Origin: Eledone cirrhosa
Lineage: Eukaryota
DNA: 64,000 bases
Direction of reading: 5' to 3'
Assembly: GCA_964016885.1 (NCBI GenBank)
Contig: OZ024741.1
Span: 265,112,001-265,176,000 of the forward strand
The translations under genes were made by a program, and so were the position numbers. Positions 37,598 through 53,029 of this stretch are shown piece by piece. A model generated the notes under the pieces. That model was given only the letters and a program-made list of their open reading frames with translations, did not search any database and was not told where the DNA came from. Numbering within the stretch: the first letter of the stretch is position 1; each line of letters opens with the position of its first letter.

Positions 37598-39203
37598 AGA
37601 AATTGAGGTGGTCGGCACTTTATTGAAGGAATATGAAAGGTTGACGGGAGCCAAACTTAACCCGGAAAAGTCGGTGGGCTTGCAGCTCGTAACCTGGAGA
37701 GGCAAGTCCATGCCGTCCAACAGCGTCGTGGGGCGCTGGACGGACGGACCGGTAAAGTTGCTCGGGGTTTGGTTCGGACCAGACCTCCAGGTGGAAAAGA
37801 ATTGGGACGAGGTAACGAGCAGAGTAGCCAGTCTCACCCAAAAATGGGCTGGGAGGAAGCTATCACTGAAAGGTCGCGCGGAGGTGGAGAATGCGTACAT
37901 CGCGTCCGTCATCTACTACCGCCTGACCGTCGTGCCTTGCCCCCGTCTGCGCCTCGTCAAGTTGGAACGGCTCCTCTTCAAATTCTTGTGGAGGGGACAA
38001 GTTCCGTTGGTGAGGCGGTCCATCTGCTGCCAGCACCCTCTACGCGGAGGGCTGGGCATGCCGTGGCTAATGATGCGCAGACATGCGTTGAAGCTGCGAC
38101 ATCTCCAGATATTCTGCCTCAACGGTGAACAGGTGTGGTCGCCGTTTATCAGACGGGCCTTTCCGCAGCTCATTTCTTTGACTGAGCGGCAGTCGTGGGT
38201 CAAGAAGAGACCGAGACTGGGTGACTGGCACCTGGAATGTTGCCAGGCACTCACTGCCCTCTACCAAGCGGGCAATGCGATCAGTGGAACTTCCACTCTC
38301 GAGTTCTATAGAGGATTAGTGGTGGGCAAGTGCGATGACGCACTCGGAGAAGTTTTGGGCCTCGACGAGGTCGAACTGACCAGTCTGTACCGGAGGACTT
38401 TTGAGCCGGGGACGATGGACAATTTCCAGAAATCCCTCGCTTGGCAGTGCTACCGGGGGACACTGCCGGTTCGGGATAAACTCTACAGGCACGGAAGTGC
38501 TGTCAGACGGACCTGCCCAAGATGCGCACAGAACGGCGAAACCGTTCTGCACGCGCTTGTCCAATGTCCGTGCATTACTGACTTGTGGAGTTATGTCGAA
38601 CAGCTACTGTCGCGTGTGGAACGAATCCGGCTATCGGCCGAGTCCATACTGAAGATCGATCCACCGCCTCCCTTAGGTCAGGAAGAGCAGGAAATTTTCT
38701 CTGTCTGGTGGCAGTTGCGAAAGAGATTATATGGTGGACCAGGTTGAAAGGACTAAAGACAGACGCTTTTGTCTTCGGCCAATCCCTCAACTTCTTCAAG
38801 TTCCACCTGAAAAGGAAGGTGAGGGTGGAGAGAGAAGTGCTGCTGCCCAGTACATTTGCTAAAAGGTGGGTGAATGTGGCGAGAATGGCTCGTGTGAATG
38901 GGCCTACTCTGACCATGCGCCTATAGGTTAGCTAACTTGAGGAGAGGGGTGCTCTCGCTGGGTGCCCTAGAAGCGCAGGGTGGTTGAGGATTGGTGGGGG
39001 TACCCGAGTCACCCCAGGGTCGTCCACACCCTATCCGGGAATTTATTTTGTTATATTTATGCATAGTTTATTTTATATTTTTATATTTTCATTGTTAAAT
39101 TAGTCTTGCCATTGTGCACTTTTACTCGACCTTATTGTAAGACCCCACTGTCCCTGTCTTTGTATTGTCCCCTACATGTCGGCCCTTGTGGCTAATAAAT
39201 GAA

Positions 39204-39205
<2 letters not shown>
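37598..39205 (+). mobile_element. Second, 5'-truncated copy of the Tx1/L1-like LINE
   Basis: ORFs 37608-38747 and 38585-38926 closely match the first copy, with intact CPRC..H..C and the same 3' end. Confidence 0.93.
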
Positions 39206-39272
<67 letters not shown>

Positions 39273-39273
<1 letters not shown>

Positions 39274-39480
39274 GGGCGGTGGATTGGCAGTATCAGTAGA
39301 GGGTCGGACGCCATGCTTTGCAGCACAGTTACGTCCCTTTATGGACTGAGTTCAAATCCCGCCGAGGTTGACTTTGCCTTTCATCCTTACGGGGTCGATA
39401 AAATAAAGTACCAGTAATGCACTGGGTAATTGCTGGCCTTGTGCCTAAAGTAGAAACAATTATTATTATTATTATTATTA
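39273..39480 (+). mobile_element. Nin/Deu SINE, full length
   Basis: A/B boxes, core and (ATT)n tail. Confidence 0.88.
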
Positions 39481-39581
39481 AAAGAGCGTAGGCCATAATT
39501 AGTTGATTCAGCAGGTTGTGGTCCGCACATCAATGTTCGGTTAATCCCATATTCTAATATATATTTTTTTGGTGGAGGGGT

Positions 39582-41885
39582 TCTATATATATTTAGGGGA
39601 CAAGTCTATATATATTTAGGGGATAAGTCTATATATATTTTGGGGAAAAGTCTATATATATTTTGGGGACAAGTCTATATATATTTAGGGGATAAGTCTA
39701 TATATATTTTGGGGAAAAGTCTATATATATTTTGGGGATAAGTCTATATATATTTAGGGGATAAGTCTATATATATTTAGGGGATAAGTCTATATATATT
39801 TTGGGGAAATGTCTATATATATTTAGGGGAAATGTCTATATATATTTAGGGGAAAAGTCTATATATATTTAGGGGAAAAGTCTATATATATTTTGGGGAA
39901 AAATCTATATATATTTTGGGGAAATGTCTATATATATTTAGGGGAAATGTCTATATATATTTAGGGGAAAAGTCTATATATATTTAGGGGAAAAGTCTAT
40001 ATATATTTAGGGGATAAGTCTATATATATTTTGGGGAAAAATCTATATATATTTTGGGGATAAGTCTATATATATTTAGGGGATAAGTCTATATATATTT
40101 TGGGGAAATGTCTATATATATTTTGGGGATAAGTCTATATATATTTAGGGGATAAGTCTATATATATATTTAGGGGAAAAGTCTATATATATTTTGGGGA
40201 AATGTCTATATATATTTAGGGGAAATGTCTATATATATTTAGGGGAAAAGTCTATATATATTTAGGGGAAATGTCTATATATATTTAGGGGAAAAGTCTA
40301 TATATATTTAGGGGAAAAGTCTATATATATTTAGGGGATAAGTCTATATATATTTAGGGGAAAAGTCTATATATATTTTGAGGATAAGTCTATATATATT
40401 TAGGAGATAAGTCTATATATATTTAGGGGATAAGTCTATATATATTTTGGGGATAAGTCTATATATATTTTGGGGATAAGTCTATATATATTTAGGAGAT
40501 AAGTCTATATATATTTAGGGGATAAGTCTATATATATTTAGGGGATAAGTCTATATATATTATGGGGGAAATGTCTATATATATTTAGGGGAAAAGTCTA
40601 TATATATTATGGGGGAAATGTCTATATATATTTTGGGGATAAGTCTATATATATTTTGGGGATAAGTCTATATATATTTTGGGGATAAGTTTATATATAT
40701 TTAGGGGATAAGTCTATATATATTTAGGAGATAAGTCTATATATATTTAGGGGATAAGTCTATATATATTTAGGGGATAAGTCTATATATATTTAGGGGA
40801 TAAGTCTATATATATTTAGGAGATAAGTCTATATATATTTAGGGGATAAGTCTATATATATTTTGGGGATAAGTCTATATATATTTTGGGGATAAGTCTA
40901 TATATATTTTGAGGATAAGTCTATATATATTTTTGGGAAAAGTCTATATATATTATGGGGGAAATGTCTATATATATTTAGGGGATAAGTCTATATATAT
41001 TTAGGAGATAAGTCTATATATATTTAGGGGATAAGTCTATATATATTTAGGGGATAAGTCTATATATATTTTGGGGATAAGTCTATATATATTTAGGGGA
41101 TAAGTCTATATATATTTAGGGGATAAGTCTATATATATTTAGGGGAAAAGTCTATATATATTTTGGGGGAAATGTCTATATATATTTTGGGGAAAAGTCT
41201 ATATATATTTTGGGGATAAGTCTATATATATTTTGGGGATAAGTCTATATATATTTTGGGGAAAAGTCTATATATATTATGGGGGAAATGTCTATATATA
41301 TTTAGGGGAAATGTCTATATATATTTTGGGGATAAGTCTATATATATTTTGGGGATAAGTCTATATATATTTTGGGGATAAGTCTATATATATTTAGGGG
41401 ATAAGTCTATATATATTTTGGGGAAAGTCTATATATATTTTGGGGATAAGTCTATATATATTTTGGGGAAAAGTCTGTATATATTTTGGGGATAAGGCTA
41501 TATATATTTGGGGATAAGTCTATATATATTTAGGGGAAAAGTCTATATATATTATGGGGGAAATGTCTATATATATTTTGGGGATAAGTCTATATATATT
41601 TTGGGGATAAGTCTATATATATTTTGGGGATAAGTCTATATATATTTAGGGGATAAGTCTATATATATTTTGGGGATAAGTCTATATATATTTAGGGGAT
41701 AAGTCTATATATATTTTGGGGATAAGTCTATATATATTTTGGGGATAAGTCTATATATATTTTGGGGACAAGTCTATATATATTTTGGGGATAAGTGTAT
41801 ATATATTTTGGGGAAATGTCTATATATATTTTGGGGGAAAGTCTATATATATTTAAGGGATAAGTCTATATATATTTTGGAGAAA
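39582..41885. repeat. 23-bp minisatellite (GTCTATATATATTTAGGGGATAA), about 100 copies
   Basis: GTCT at 39604, 39627 and onward. Confidence 0.97.
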
Positions 41886-42218
41886 ACAATATATTTATAT
41901 TGGGGATAAATCTCTACAGGCAGGTATTAGTCAACGGTTGTATGGATATTCCATGCTGTAGGATCTAAACCTAACACACAAGATTGTGAAATGGAGTTTC
42001 TAGCTCTACAACCATACTTACAGTGGCTGCTATTTCTAGCAGCAGGTCCAGTCCCCAAACACTACATAGAGGCTCCCACGTTGGTGTATTTCGTTATTAG
42101 ACATGTGTGGGTGGGTGGTGGGAAATAGGACAATAAATGATGTCATTTTAAAAAACTATTGACGTAATACAAGACAGTACTATGCTTCTCTCTCCCTATA
42201 TATATATATGTATATACA

Positions 42219-42341
<123 letters not shown>

Positions 42342-42373
42342 TCTTACATACATACATACATATATATATATGA

Positions 42374-42415
<42 letters not shown>

Positions 42416-42431
42416 GAGAGAGTGTGTGTGT

Positions 42432-42525
<94 letters not shown>

Positions 42526-42681
42526 CATGTAAAACAGTGTAACCGTTTGTCTATTGGACTGAAATTGTACCAAAATAAGAAGCCCCATTATACCCTCACC
42601 TCTCCCTATATTCTTACCAGTGACTTGTGGTAAGGAGAAAAGTCACATCTGGCTTTTGAAACTTGTTTGAAACAGTCCATG

Positions 42682-42766
<85 letters not shown>

Positions 42767-42801
42767 ATTCTTGTGTGACAGACGCATACATACATACATA
42801 C

Positions 42802-43318
42802 ATGGTGGCTGCCAACTCGTTTTCGAGTACGGCCACTACTTTATATCCATGTAGGAGAACACCTACCGATGCGCTGAACGAGTGTGACTTTTAGTCCAGC
42901 CAGCGACTTGAAAACTCTGGTACAAACACTACACTTGTGACAATTATGGACACATAGTGCTGGGCCCATGGTACCATGTGACGACAAGTGCAGAGAGATC
43001 TCCAGATATAAAGCAATTCCTGTGCCGTGAAGCTTTTATAGTGAGCAAAGGTACTGCACAAAGCCAGTCCCACTCTCTTAACCAAGATGATATTTACCAA
43101 AAAGAAGAACAAGTCAACATCATTGGATACCATCAGGGTTGCAGGTGTTTTCTCAGAGTTTTCCTTCTCCTAGAATTCTTCCTTGACAAAAGCTAAGGGG
43201 TTATCTCTCCCGGTGATTTTGGATGGCCATTGACTCTTAAGAGCTCCTTTGCCCTTTGACAGGTTTTGTTTTTAGTCCATCAGGATGTCCAAAATCACCC
43301 TCCTCATCAAGAAACCTT
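42802..43318 (-). mobile_element. Non-autonomous RTE-derived element, second copy
   Basis: Closely similar to 12338-12855. Confidence 0.75.
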
Positions 43319-43343
43319 GTTTGAAACTGTCCATATATATATA

Positions 43344-43458
<115 letters not shown>

Positions 43459-43539
43459 ATGATGCTTACTATAAGTAAATTTATTTATTTTTTTGTCTTA
43501 ATGTTATTTATTACAATAATTCAGAATATGTTTTTAATT

Positions 43540-44085
43540 AGAAGGGTCTCTACAACAACTACAACGGTGCGCGATGGGGTCACCCACAGCCCCGGCGGAC
43601 AGAATAGAGAAGGCGTTTCCCCGGAGGACGGCGAGGGAGTAGCGCTGGAAGAGCCACTCCAATTCACGGGGCTCACATCTGCGGCTGGTCAGCTCAGCGC
43701 CTATGGTGATGAGTAAGAAGGTAGCCCTGGGGCCGAGGACACCAGAAGTCTCCACTGCCAGAGGTACGACCGCAAACCTGTCGGAAAGCGACCAGTATTT
43801 GAGGAGTTTGGCCCCCTCAGCCCGACGTGCAGCAGAACCTGGGTCAGTCGCAGACTGCACCAGGTTGCGGCTGCAGAAGGTGTCGGTGCAAGTGGCATCC
43901 CAGACGAGGGGTTTGCCACCGCGGAACGGGAAGATGATCATGCCATCTGGCCTTTTACCGTCCCCTCGATCCAGCCCCACCGGCTCGAGCTGGGAAGGGA
44001 AGCCTGCAGCGTCCAAGCCTAATGCTTAATGACCTCGTTGAGGGTAGCATGGCGTGGAATGCGGCCGGCACTGTGGCGACAGGAA
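43540..44085 (-). mobile_element. CRE-clade LINE 3' fragment (restriction-like endonuclease)
   Basis: RHATLNEVI...DGKRPDG...LVWDATC..AEGAKLLKY...PLAVETSG..FQR.SLAVLRGNA. Confidence 0.88.
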
Positions 44086-44094
44086 AGCGGGTGG

Positions 44095-44660
44095 AGACCG
44101 AAAGATTGTAGAAAATGATGCAAATGGGACTTGTCCCATGTATAGGAGAAAATTTTGGAACAGAATAGAAAGGATTAGAAATAAGGTAAATAAAATAAAC
44201 TCATGGTATGATAGCAATAAATACCACAGTGTAATGTTCGTCAATGCAACCCCTAGCTGCAAACTAGCTTACAGATTTAGAAGGACTCTAGACAAGCTAA
44301 AATTAAATATTAAGATAGTTGAAAGACCAGGTATTCCCATAAAAGCCCTAATTAGTTAAACACCTATTTCAAAAGAACCCCCCTGTGCTGATAGGAAATG
44401 TATAGTCTGCAAGCTAAGCCCGCAAATTAACTGCAAAACTAGAAACATAGCATATAGCATAAGATGTACTGAGGGGCAGTATAGGAATAAGAACACAACA
44501 TACATAGGTGAAACAGTCCGTAGCATAGGAGAAAGGATAAGTGAACACTGGCGAGAACTCAAAGATGGGAAAAACTCATCAGTACTCCACCAACATGTCA
44601 AAATAGATCATTGGGGCACATTAGAGAACATAGAAATAAAAATTATATCTACATGTGTGG
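44095..44660 (+). mobile_element. Penelope-like element fragment (GIY-YIG), distinct from 16440-17827
   Basis: VMFVNATP..KIVERPG..C...C..C...CKTRNIAYSIRC...YIGETVRSIGERISEH, with a stop at 44357. Confidence 0.85.
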
Positions 44661-44924
44661 TGAGAGATATATGGCCGTTTTACACAATATTTGTGAGTAA
44701 CTGTATAACTCGTATCCTTCTCTCAAAACAAAGCAACACTGTTTGGGACGGCACTGCTTTCCTCCTAGGGAAGAAGGAAGGGTCAAGAAAATGCGACCTA
44801 AAATTTCTTACTTGCACCATTCCCTGTCATTAGCTGCAAGTGACTGGGCATCCAAAACTGCACCAGAACACTAAAATTTTTTTTAAAAACCTATTCCTTG
44901 TGTCGTGTATTGTGCGAACTCTCC

Positions 44925-45170
44925 AAAACAGCTTTGATTGCCCGTGTCCTAAAAGAGAAAAACATTGGAATAACTGTTCTCTCAGAAACTAGACTAGCTG
45001 ATTCTGGTCAGTTATGGGAGATTAATTCTGGATATACTCTTTACTTGATTGGTAAGCCTGAGATAGCAAAGAGAGAAGTAGGTGTGTGATTTGCTATACG
45101 GAACGACCTGATGAAAGTCCTGGAATATTTACTTGTTGGCATCAACGAAAGACTTATGACTTTGCATATT
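44925..45170 (+). mobile_element. RTE (BovB-like) APE endonuclease N-terminal fragment
   Basis: IARVL..NI.ITVLSETRLADSGQL.E..GYT...GV*FAIRN...GINERLMTL. Confidence 0.75.
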
Positions 45171-45174
45171 TGTA

Positions 45175-45798
45175 TTGGTAGAAACAAATGTGGAACCATC
45201 AGTAATGAGAAGAAGGGAGGTAGGTGTAAAATCCGAACTCGTTATCTTCAATTTGGTATTCGTACCAACGCTTACCTATGGTCATGAATCTTTGGAAGTG
45301 ACCGAAAGAATACGATCGCGAATACAAGCAGCCGAAATGGGATTCCTCCGAAGAGTCTTTGGTGTAACCTTACTCGATAGAGTGTGTAGCTCAGAGATCA
45401 GAGAGTCACTCCAGGTAGAGTCGCTACTTCTCTGAACATATTGTAGGAATGTCTCAGGAAAGAATGGCTGGACAGATTTTTACGGGTAAAACCAGCCTGC
45501 AGAAGACCCAGGAATAGACCCCGAGCAAGATGGTTGGATAAAATACCTGACCTTGGCTGGTTACGCTTGGGATCCAGCCGGATCAGTTGGAGTCGGTTGC
45601 TTCTGACAGGACACACTGGAAGAAGTGGTTGAGGACTCTGCCCCCACGACCCTCTCAGGAATAAGTGGGCGAAGAGAAAGACGAAGATGAAGAAGAAGAA
45701 GAAGAAGAAGAAGAAGAAGAAGAAGAAGAAGAAGAAGAAGAAGAAGAAGAAGAAGAAGAAGAAGAAGAAGAAGAAGAAGAAGAAGAAGAAGAAGAAGA
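45175..45798 (+). mobile_element. RTE LINE 3' part with long (GAA)n tail
   Basis: PTLTYGHES...IQAAEMGFLRRV.G, RRPRNRPRARWLD and (GAA)n at 45685-45798. Confidence 0.88.
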
Positions 45799-45799
45799 C

Positions 45800-48395
45800 A
45801 CTCATACTATTTCACTATATCTCTCTCTCACACACACACATATATACTATTTCACCATATCTCTCACACACACATATATACTATTTCACCATATCTCACA
45901 CACACACACATATATACTATTTCACCATATCTCTCACACACACATATACTATTTCACCACATCTCTCACACACACATATACTATTTCATCATATCCCCCA
46001 CACACACATTCTATTTCAATATATCTCTCACACACATATACTATTTCACCACATCTCTCACACACATATACTATTTCACCACATCTCTCACACACATATA
46101 CTATTTCACCACATCTCTTACACATACATATACTATTTCACCATATCTCTCACACACACATATACTATTTCACCACATCTCTCACACACACATATACTAT
46201 TTCATCATATCCCCCACACACACATTCTATTTCAATATATCTCTCACACACATATACTATTTCACCACATCTCTTACACACACATATACTATTTCACCAC
46301 ATCTCTTACACACACATATACTATTTCACCACATCTCTCACACACATATACTATTTCACCACATCTCTTACACATACATATACTATTTCACCACATCTCT
46401 TACACACACATATACTATTTCACCATATCTCTTACACACACATATACTATTTCACCACATCTCACACACACACACATATACTATTTCACCACATATCTTA
46501 CACACATATACTATTTCACCACATCTCTTACACACACATATACTATTTCACCACATCTCTTACACACACATATGCTATTTCACCACATCTCTTACACACA
46601 CATATACTATTTCACCACATCTCTTACACACACATATACTATTTCACCATATCTCACACACACATATACTATTTCACCACATCTCTTACACACACATATA
46701 CTATTTCACCACATCTCTTACACACACATATACTATTTCACCACATATCTTACACACACATATGCTATTTCACCATATCTCTTACACACACATATACTAT
46801 TTCACCACATCTCTTACACACACATATACTATTTCACCACATCTCTTACACACACATATACTATTTCACCACATCTCTTACACACACATATGCTATTTCA
46901 CCACATCTCTTACACACACATATACTATTTCACCACATCTCTCACACACACATATACTATTTCACCACATTTCTTACACATACATATACTATTTCACCAC
47001 ATCTCTTACACACACATATGCTATTTCACCATATCTCACACACATACATATACTATTTCACCACATTTCTTACACACACATATACTATTTCACCACATCT
47101 CTTACACACACATATACTATTTCACCACATCTCTTACACACACATATACTATTTCACCACATCTCTTACACACACATATGCTATTTCACCATATCTCACA
47201 CACACACACATATACTATTTCACCACATATCTTACACACACATATACTATTTCACCACATCTCTCACACACACATATGCTATTTCACCACATCTCTTACA
47301 CACACATATACTATTTCACCACATCTCTTACACACACATATACTATTTCACCATATCTCACACACACATATACTATTTCACCACATCTCTTACACACACA
47401 TGTGCTATTTCACCACATCTCTTACACACACATATACTATTTCACCACATCTCTTACACACACATATACTATTTCACCACATCTCTTACACACACATATG
47501 CTATTTCACCACATCTCACACACACACACATATACTATTTCACCATATCTCTTAAACACACATATGCTATTTCACCATATCTCTTACACACACATATACT
47601 ATTTCACCACATCTCTTACACACACATATACTATTTCACCACATCTCTTACACACACATATGCTATTTCACCACATCTCACACACACACACATATACTAT
47701 TTCACCATATCTCTTACACACACATATACTATTTCACCATATCTCTTACACACACATATACTATTTCACCACATCTCTTACACACACATATGCTATTTCA
47801 CCACATCTCTTACACACACATATGCTATTTCACCACATCTCTTACACACACATATGCTATTTCACCACATCTCTTACACACACATATGCTATTTCACCAC
47901 ATCTCTTACACACACATATGCTATTTCACCATATCTCACACACACACATACACTATTTCACCACATCTCTCACACACATATACTATTTCACCACATCTCT
48001 TACACACACATATGCTATTTCACCACATCTCTTACACACACATATGCTATTTCACCACATCTCTTACACACACAGATGCTATTTCACCACATCTCTTACA
48101 CACACATATGCTATTTCACCACATCTCTTACATACACATATGCTATTTCACCACATCTCTTACACACACATATGCTATTTCACCACATCTCTTACACACA
48201 CATATGCTATTTCACCATATCTCACACACACACATACACTATTTCACCACATCTCTCACACACATACACTATTTCACCACATCTCTCACACACATATACT
48301 ATTTCACCACATTTCTTACACACACATACACTATTTCACCATATCTCACACACACACATATATACTATTTCACCACATCTCTTACACACACATAC
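45800..48395. repeat. 30-32-bp minisatellite (TACTATTTCACCACATCTCTTACACACACATA), about 80 copies
   Basis: Direct inspection. Confidence 0.97.
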
Positions 48396-48399
48396 TTAA

Positions 48400-48530
48400 C
48401 AGTGGAGACTTCTGGTGTCCTTGGCCCTAGGACCACCTCCCTACGCACCACCACCGCCACAGAGTTGGCTATCCGCAGGTGTGAGCCTCGTGAACTAAAA
48501 TGGTTCTTCCAACACATCTCTCTCCCCATC
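48400..48530 (+). mobile_element. CRE LINE 3' fragment
   Basis: VETSGVLGPRTTSL..RRCEPRELKWFFQ. Confidence 0.8.
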
Positions 48531-48674
48531 TCTATTATATCATAACAGATGGGAAGAGCGACAGAGAGAGACGGGGGCAGTGAGTGAAAGTATTTTATTA
48601 CATCTTGTTTGGTGTTACACTGATCGAGCCACGTCAAAGACCTACTAGAAATATGACTCTACTATCATAAAATA

Positions 48675-49340
48675 TAATTGTTTCTACTTTTGGCACAAGG
48701 TCAGCAATTATTCCAGTGTATTACTGGTACTTTATTTTATCGACCCCGTAAGGATGAAAGGCAAAGTTAACCTCAGCGGGATTTGAACTCATACCATAAA
48801 TGGTCGTAACTCTTTGCTGCAAAGCATGGCGTCAGACCATTTATTTATTTATTGAATTTAAACGACCGTATAGAGCTAGTAAGCCATGACAGGCGAGGGG
48901 AAGTATCTGGTACTTCGTACAGTTGAGAAACAAAATACCAAGACAGACAGAGATAAGTGAATATAAAAATAAAATCGATTTAAACGTTCGTATAGAGCTA
49001 GTAAGAAGTCATGATAGACTATGGGAAGTAACGAATACTTCATACAGTTGATAATGAAAAAGAGCTAGTGAGACATGTGATAATAAATAATAAATAAATT
49101 TGAAAAGAGGGGGGGGGGGATAAATAAAATATAACAAAAATAAAAATTTCAAATAATTGTTTCTACTTTTGGCACTAGGCCAGCAAATACCCAGTGCATT
49201 ACTGGTACTTTATTTTATCGACCCCCGTGTAAGGATGAAAGGCAAAGTTAACCTCGGCGAGATTTGAACTCAGAATGGTAAGAGCCGTAACTGTATGCTG
49301 CAAAGCATGGCGTCGACTCTCTACCGATACTGCCAATCCA
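48675..49340 (-). mobile_element. Two Nin/Deu SINEs (48675-48838 and 49155-49340)
   Basis: SINE consensus. Confidence 0.8.
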
Positions 49341-50354
49341 ATGAAGGTTAATGGGAAGCAGATTATGTATAAGAAAACGAAAAAGAAAAGGAAAACCAAA
49401 AAGAAGGGAAGTGATTGGAGAATTAGCGTAAGGGAGATTACTCCATTTTACTATTTTTTTTACTGTTAGATAAATTTACACTATTTGCCAATTGTGTATG
49501 GAGTAGTTATATATTGTGTTGTTCACTTTCTAATTAAATAGCTCTGTTCTATACATAGAGCACTCTTTTTTCCTTTGCTTTTTCTTCGGAAATACTTAAA
49601 ATATCAATTTACACATATGTGTATTCATATATATATTTATACATGTGTGTATATATGTATATATTTAAACATGTGTGTGTGTGTGTATGCATGCACACAT
49701 CTATAAACCCACATATATATGTATATACACATGTATAAATATATCTATACAAACATATATAAATATATATATATGTATACACATATGTATAGATATATAT
49801 ATATATGTATACACATATATGTAAATAAATGTATATATACAACACATATGTATAAATATATATATATATATATATATTTATGCATATGTGTTGTATATAT
49901 ATATTTATTTACATATATGTGTATACATATATATCTATCTATACATATGTGTATACATATATATATATATATTTATATATGTTTGTATAGATATATTTAT
50001 ACATGTACATGCACACATGTGTGTATCATGACTCGTGCACTGTTCATTTTACTGATGTTTGTGCATTGCCCTATGTACTGTACATGCACTTTTTTGATGA
50101 GTTGTGGTGCACCTGGGCACTGTACACAATATTTCATTATTGTTATTGTTATTATATCATGACTCATACACTGTTCCTTTTCCTGACATTTGTACATTAC
50201 CCTATGTACTATACATACACTCTTTGATGAGTTGTAGTGCACCTGAGCACTGTACACAATAATTTCATTATTATTATTTTTTTTATGTGTATATGCATAT
50301 ATATGTGGGTTTATAGATGTGTGCATGCATACACACACACAGATATATATATAC

Positions 50355-50410
<56 letters not shown>

Positions 50411-50571
50411 TAAAACAGGAAATAAAAAACAAAGCGAAGAGTGCAGTACAAAGTGTTAGTATTAGGTAAACGCTTGTGAGTGGGTGTGGGGTGACGTTTC
50501 GGGCATAAACCCTTCATCGGGAGAAAAGTGGGCAGGAAAAGAGTTCCGAGGGTGTGAGGGGGAGTGTGTGT

Positions 50572-50855
<284 letters not shown>

Positions 50856-50886
50856 GTATACATATATATATATATAAGATAGAAGG

Positions 50887-51044
50887 CAGAGGGAGGGAAG
50901 TCAATCTACTACCACTATAAATAGCAGTAGTCAAAACGTTAGAAAAAAGCAGTAGAAAAAAGTTTCTCCCCCTGGTCGAGATAACATTTGGTCGTTTTGA
51001 CTACTGCTATTTATAGTGGTAGTAGATTGACTTCCCTCCCTCTG
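50887..51044. repeat. Perfect 52-bp inverted repeat with 54-bp spacer
   Basis: Arms at 50887-50938 and 50993-51044. Confidence 0.9.
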
Positions 51045-52021
<977 letters not shown>

Positions 52022-52063
52022 ACATATATATATATATATATATACATGTATATATATATATAT

Positions 52064-53008
52064 TTCAGGTCTTTACGAAGGTCCGACTTCTACACCGATC
52101 TCAAGCTGCGGCACGCCGCCCAGGCTTTGCTCTTCCTCTCAACCACATCATCTTCTGTATTCCCAATCTTTGCTCCCAGATACAGGAAGACCTCAACCAA
52201 TTCTAGTGGCTTCCCGCCTACATTAGTGATCCCCTCTGGCTTCTCAACATTCTCTACCAGATATTTTGTTTTAGTCTCATTCATTCTCAGCCCCACACTC
52301 ATCGACACAGTCTCAACCTCCTGCATCAAATCCTCTGCCTCCTTCACTGTATTTGTTACCAAAACTATGTCGTCGGCAAATTCAGCATCTGATATCTTTT
52401 TCGCCTTAACTCTCCTGCTCTGAGCCGGTGCTACAGTAAAGCCAGAGTCCTGGTGTTTCTCCAGTGCAAGGCGCATACAATAGTCCACTACGATGATAAA
52501 AAGGTAGGGAGCCAATGTATCTCCCTGAAGCACTCCAGCCGGTATCTCAAAGAACTCTGTCATCCCATCAGGTGTAATGAGCTGGGCTTTGGTGTTGGTG
52601 TAGAGCAGTGATATCAGGTCCACTATCTTCTTGGAGATTCCATAGGCTTGTAAGATCTTCATCAGGCAGTGACGGTCCACAGAATCAAAGGCCTTCCTAA
52701 AGTCAATGAAAACCATGACCGCAGGAAGGCACTTTGCTCTAGCTCCCTCTAATATCCTCCTCAGTATCAGGGTGTGACTGGTGGTTGATCTTCCCTCTCT
52801 GAAGCCGTTCTGGTTGGTCCTGAGTTTCTTCTCCATCTCAGGCTGCATCCTGTTAAGAATCATCCTGTTGAGGGTCTTTCCCACAAGTGACGTCAGTTAG
52901 ATCCCCCTGTAGTTGTTGGTGTTAGAGAGATCTCCTTTCTTTGGCACTGGGACGATGTTACTGATCCTCCACTGATTCGGGGCAACTCCTTTCTCCAGTG
53001 CCTGATTT
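52064..53008 (-). mobile_element. RTE-group LINE reverse transcriptase segment (inverted part)
   Basis: PKKGDLS..NYRGI, QNGFREGRST, FIDFRKAFDSV, GVLQGDTLAPYLF, FADD, FLYLG. Confidence 0.92.
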
Positions 53009-53029
53009 CAGAACATTAATCAGTATACA

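Noticed and set aside
39582-41885. Interstitial telomere
   Set aside because: TTAGGG occurs only once per 23-bp unit, not as contiguous telomeric repeats.
45665-48430. 921-aa, 622-aa and 545-aa His/Thr-rich ORFs
   Set aside because: They are stop-free frames through the (GAA)n tail and the 32-bp minisatellite, open in all three frames.
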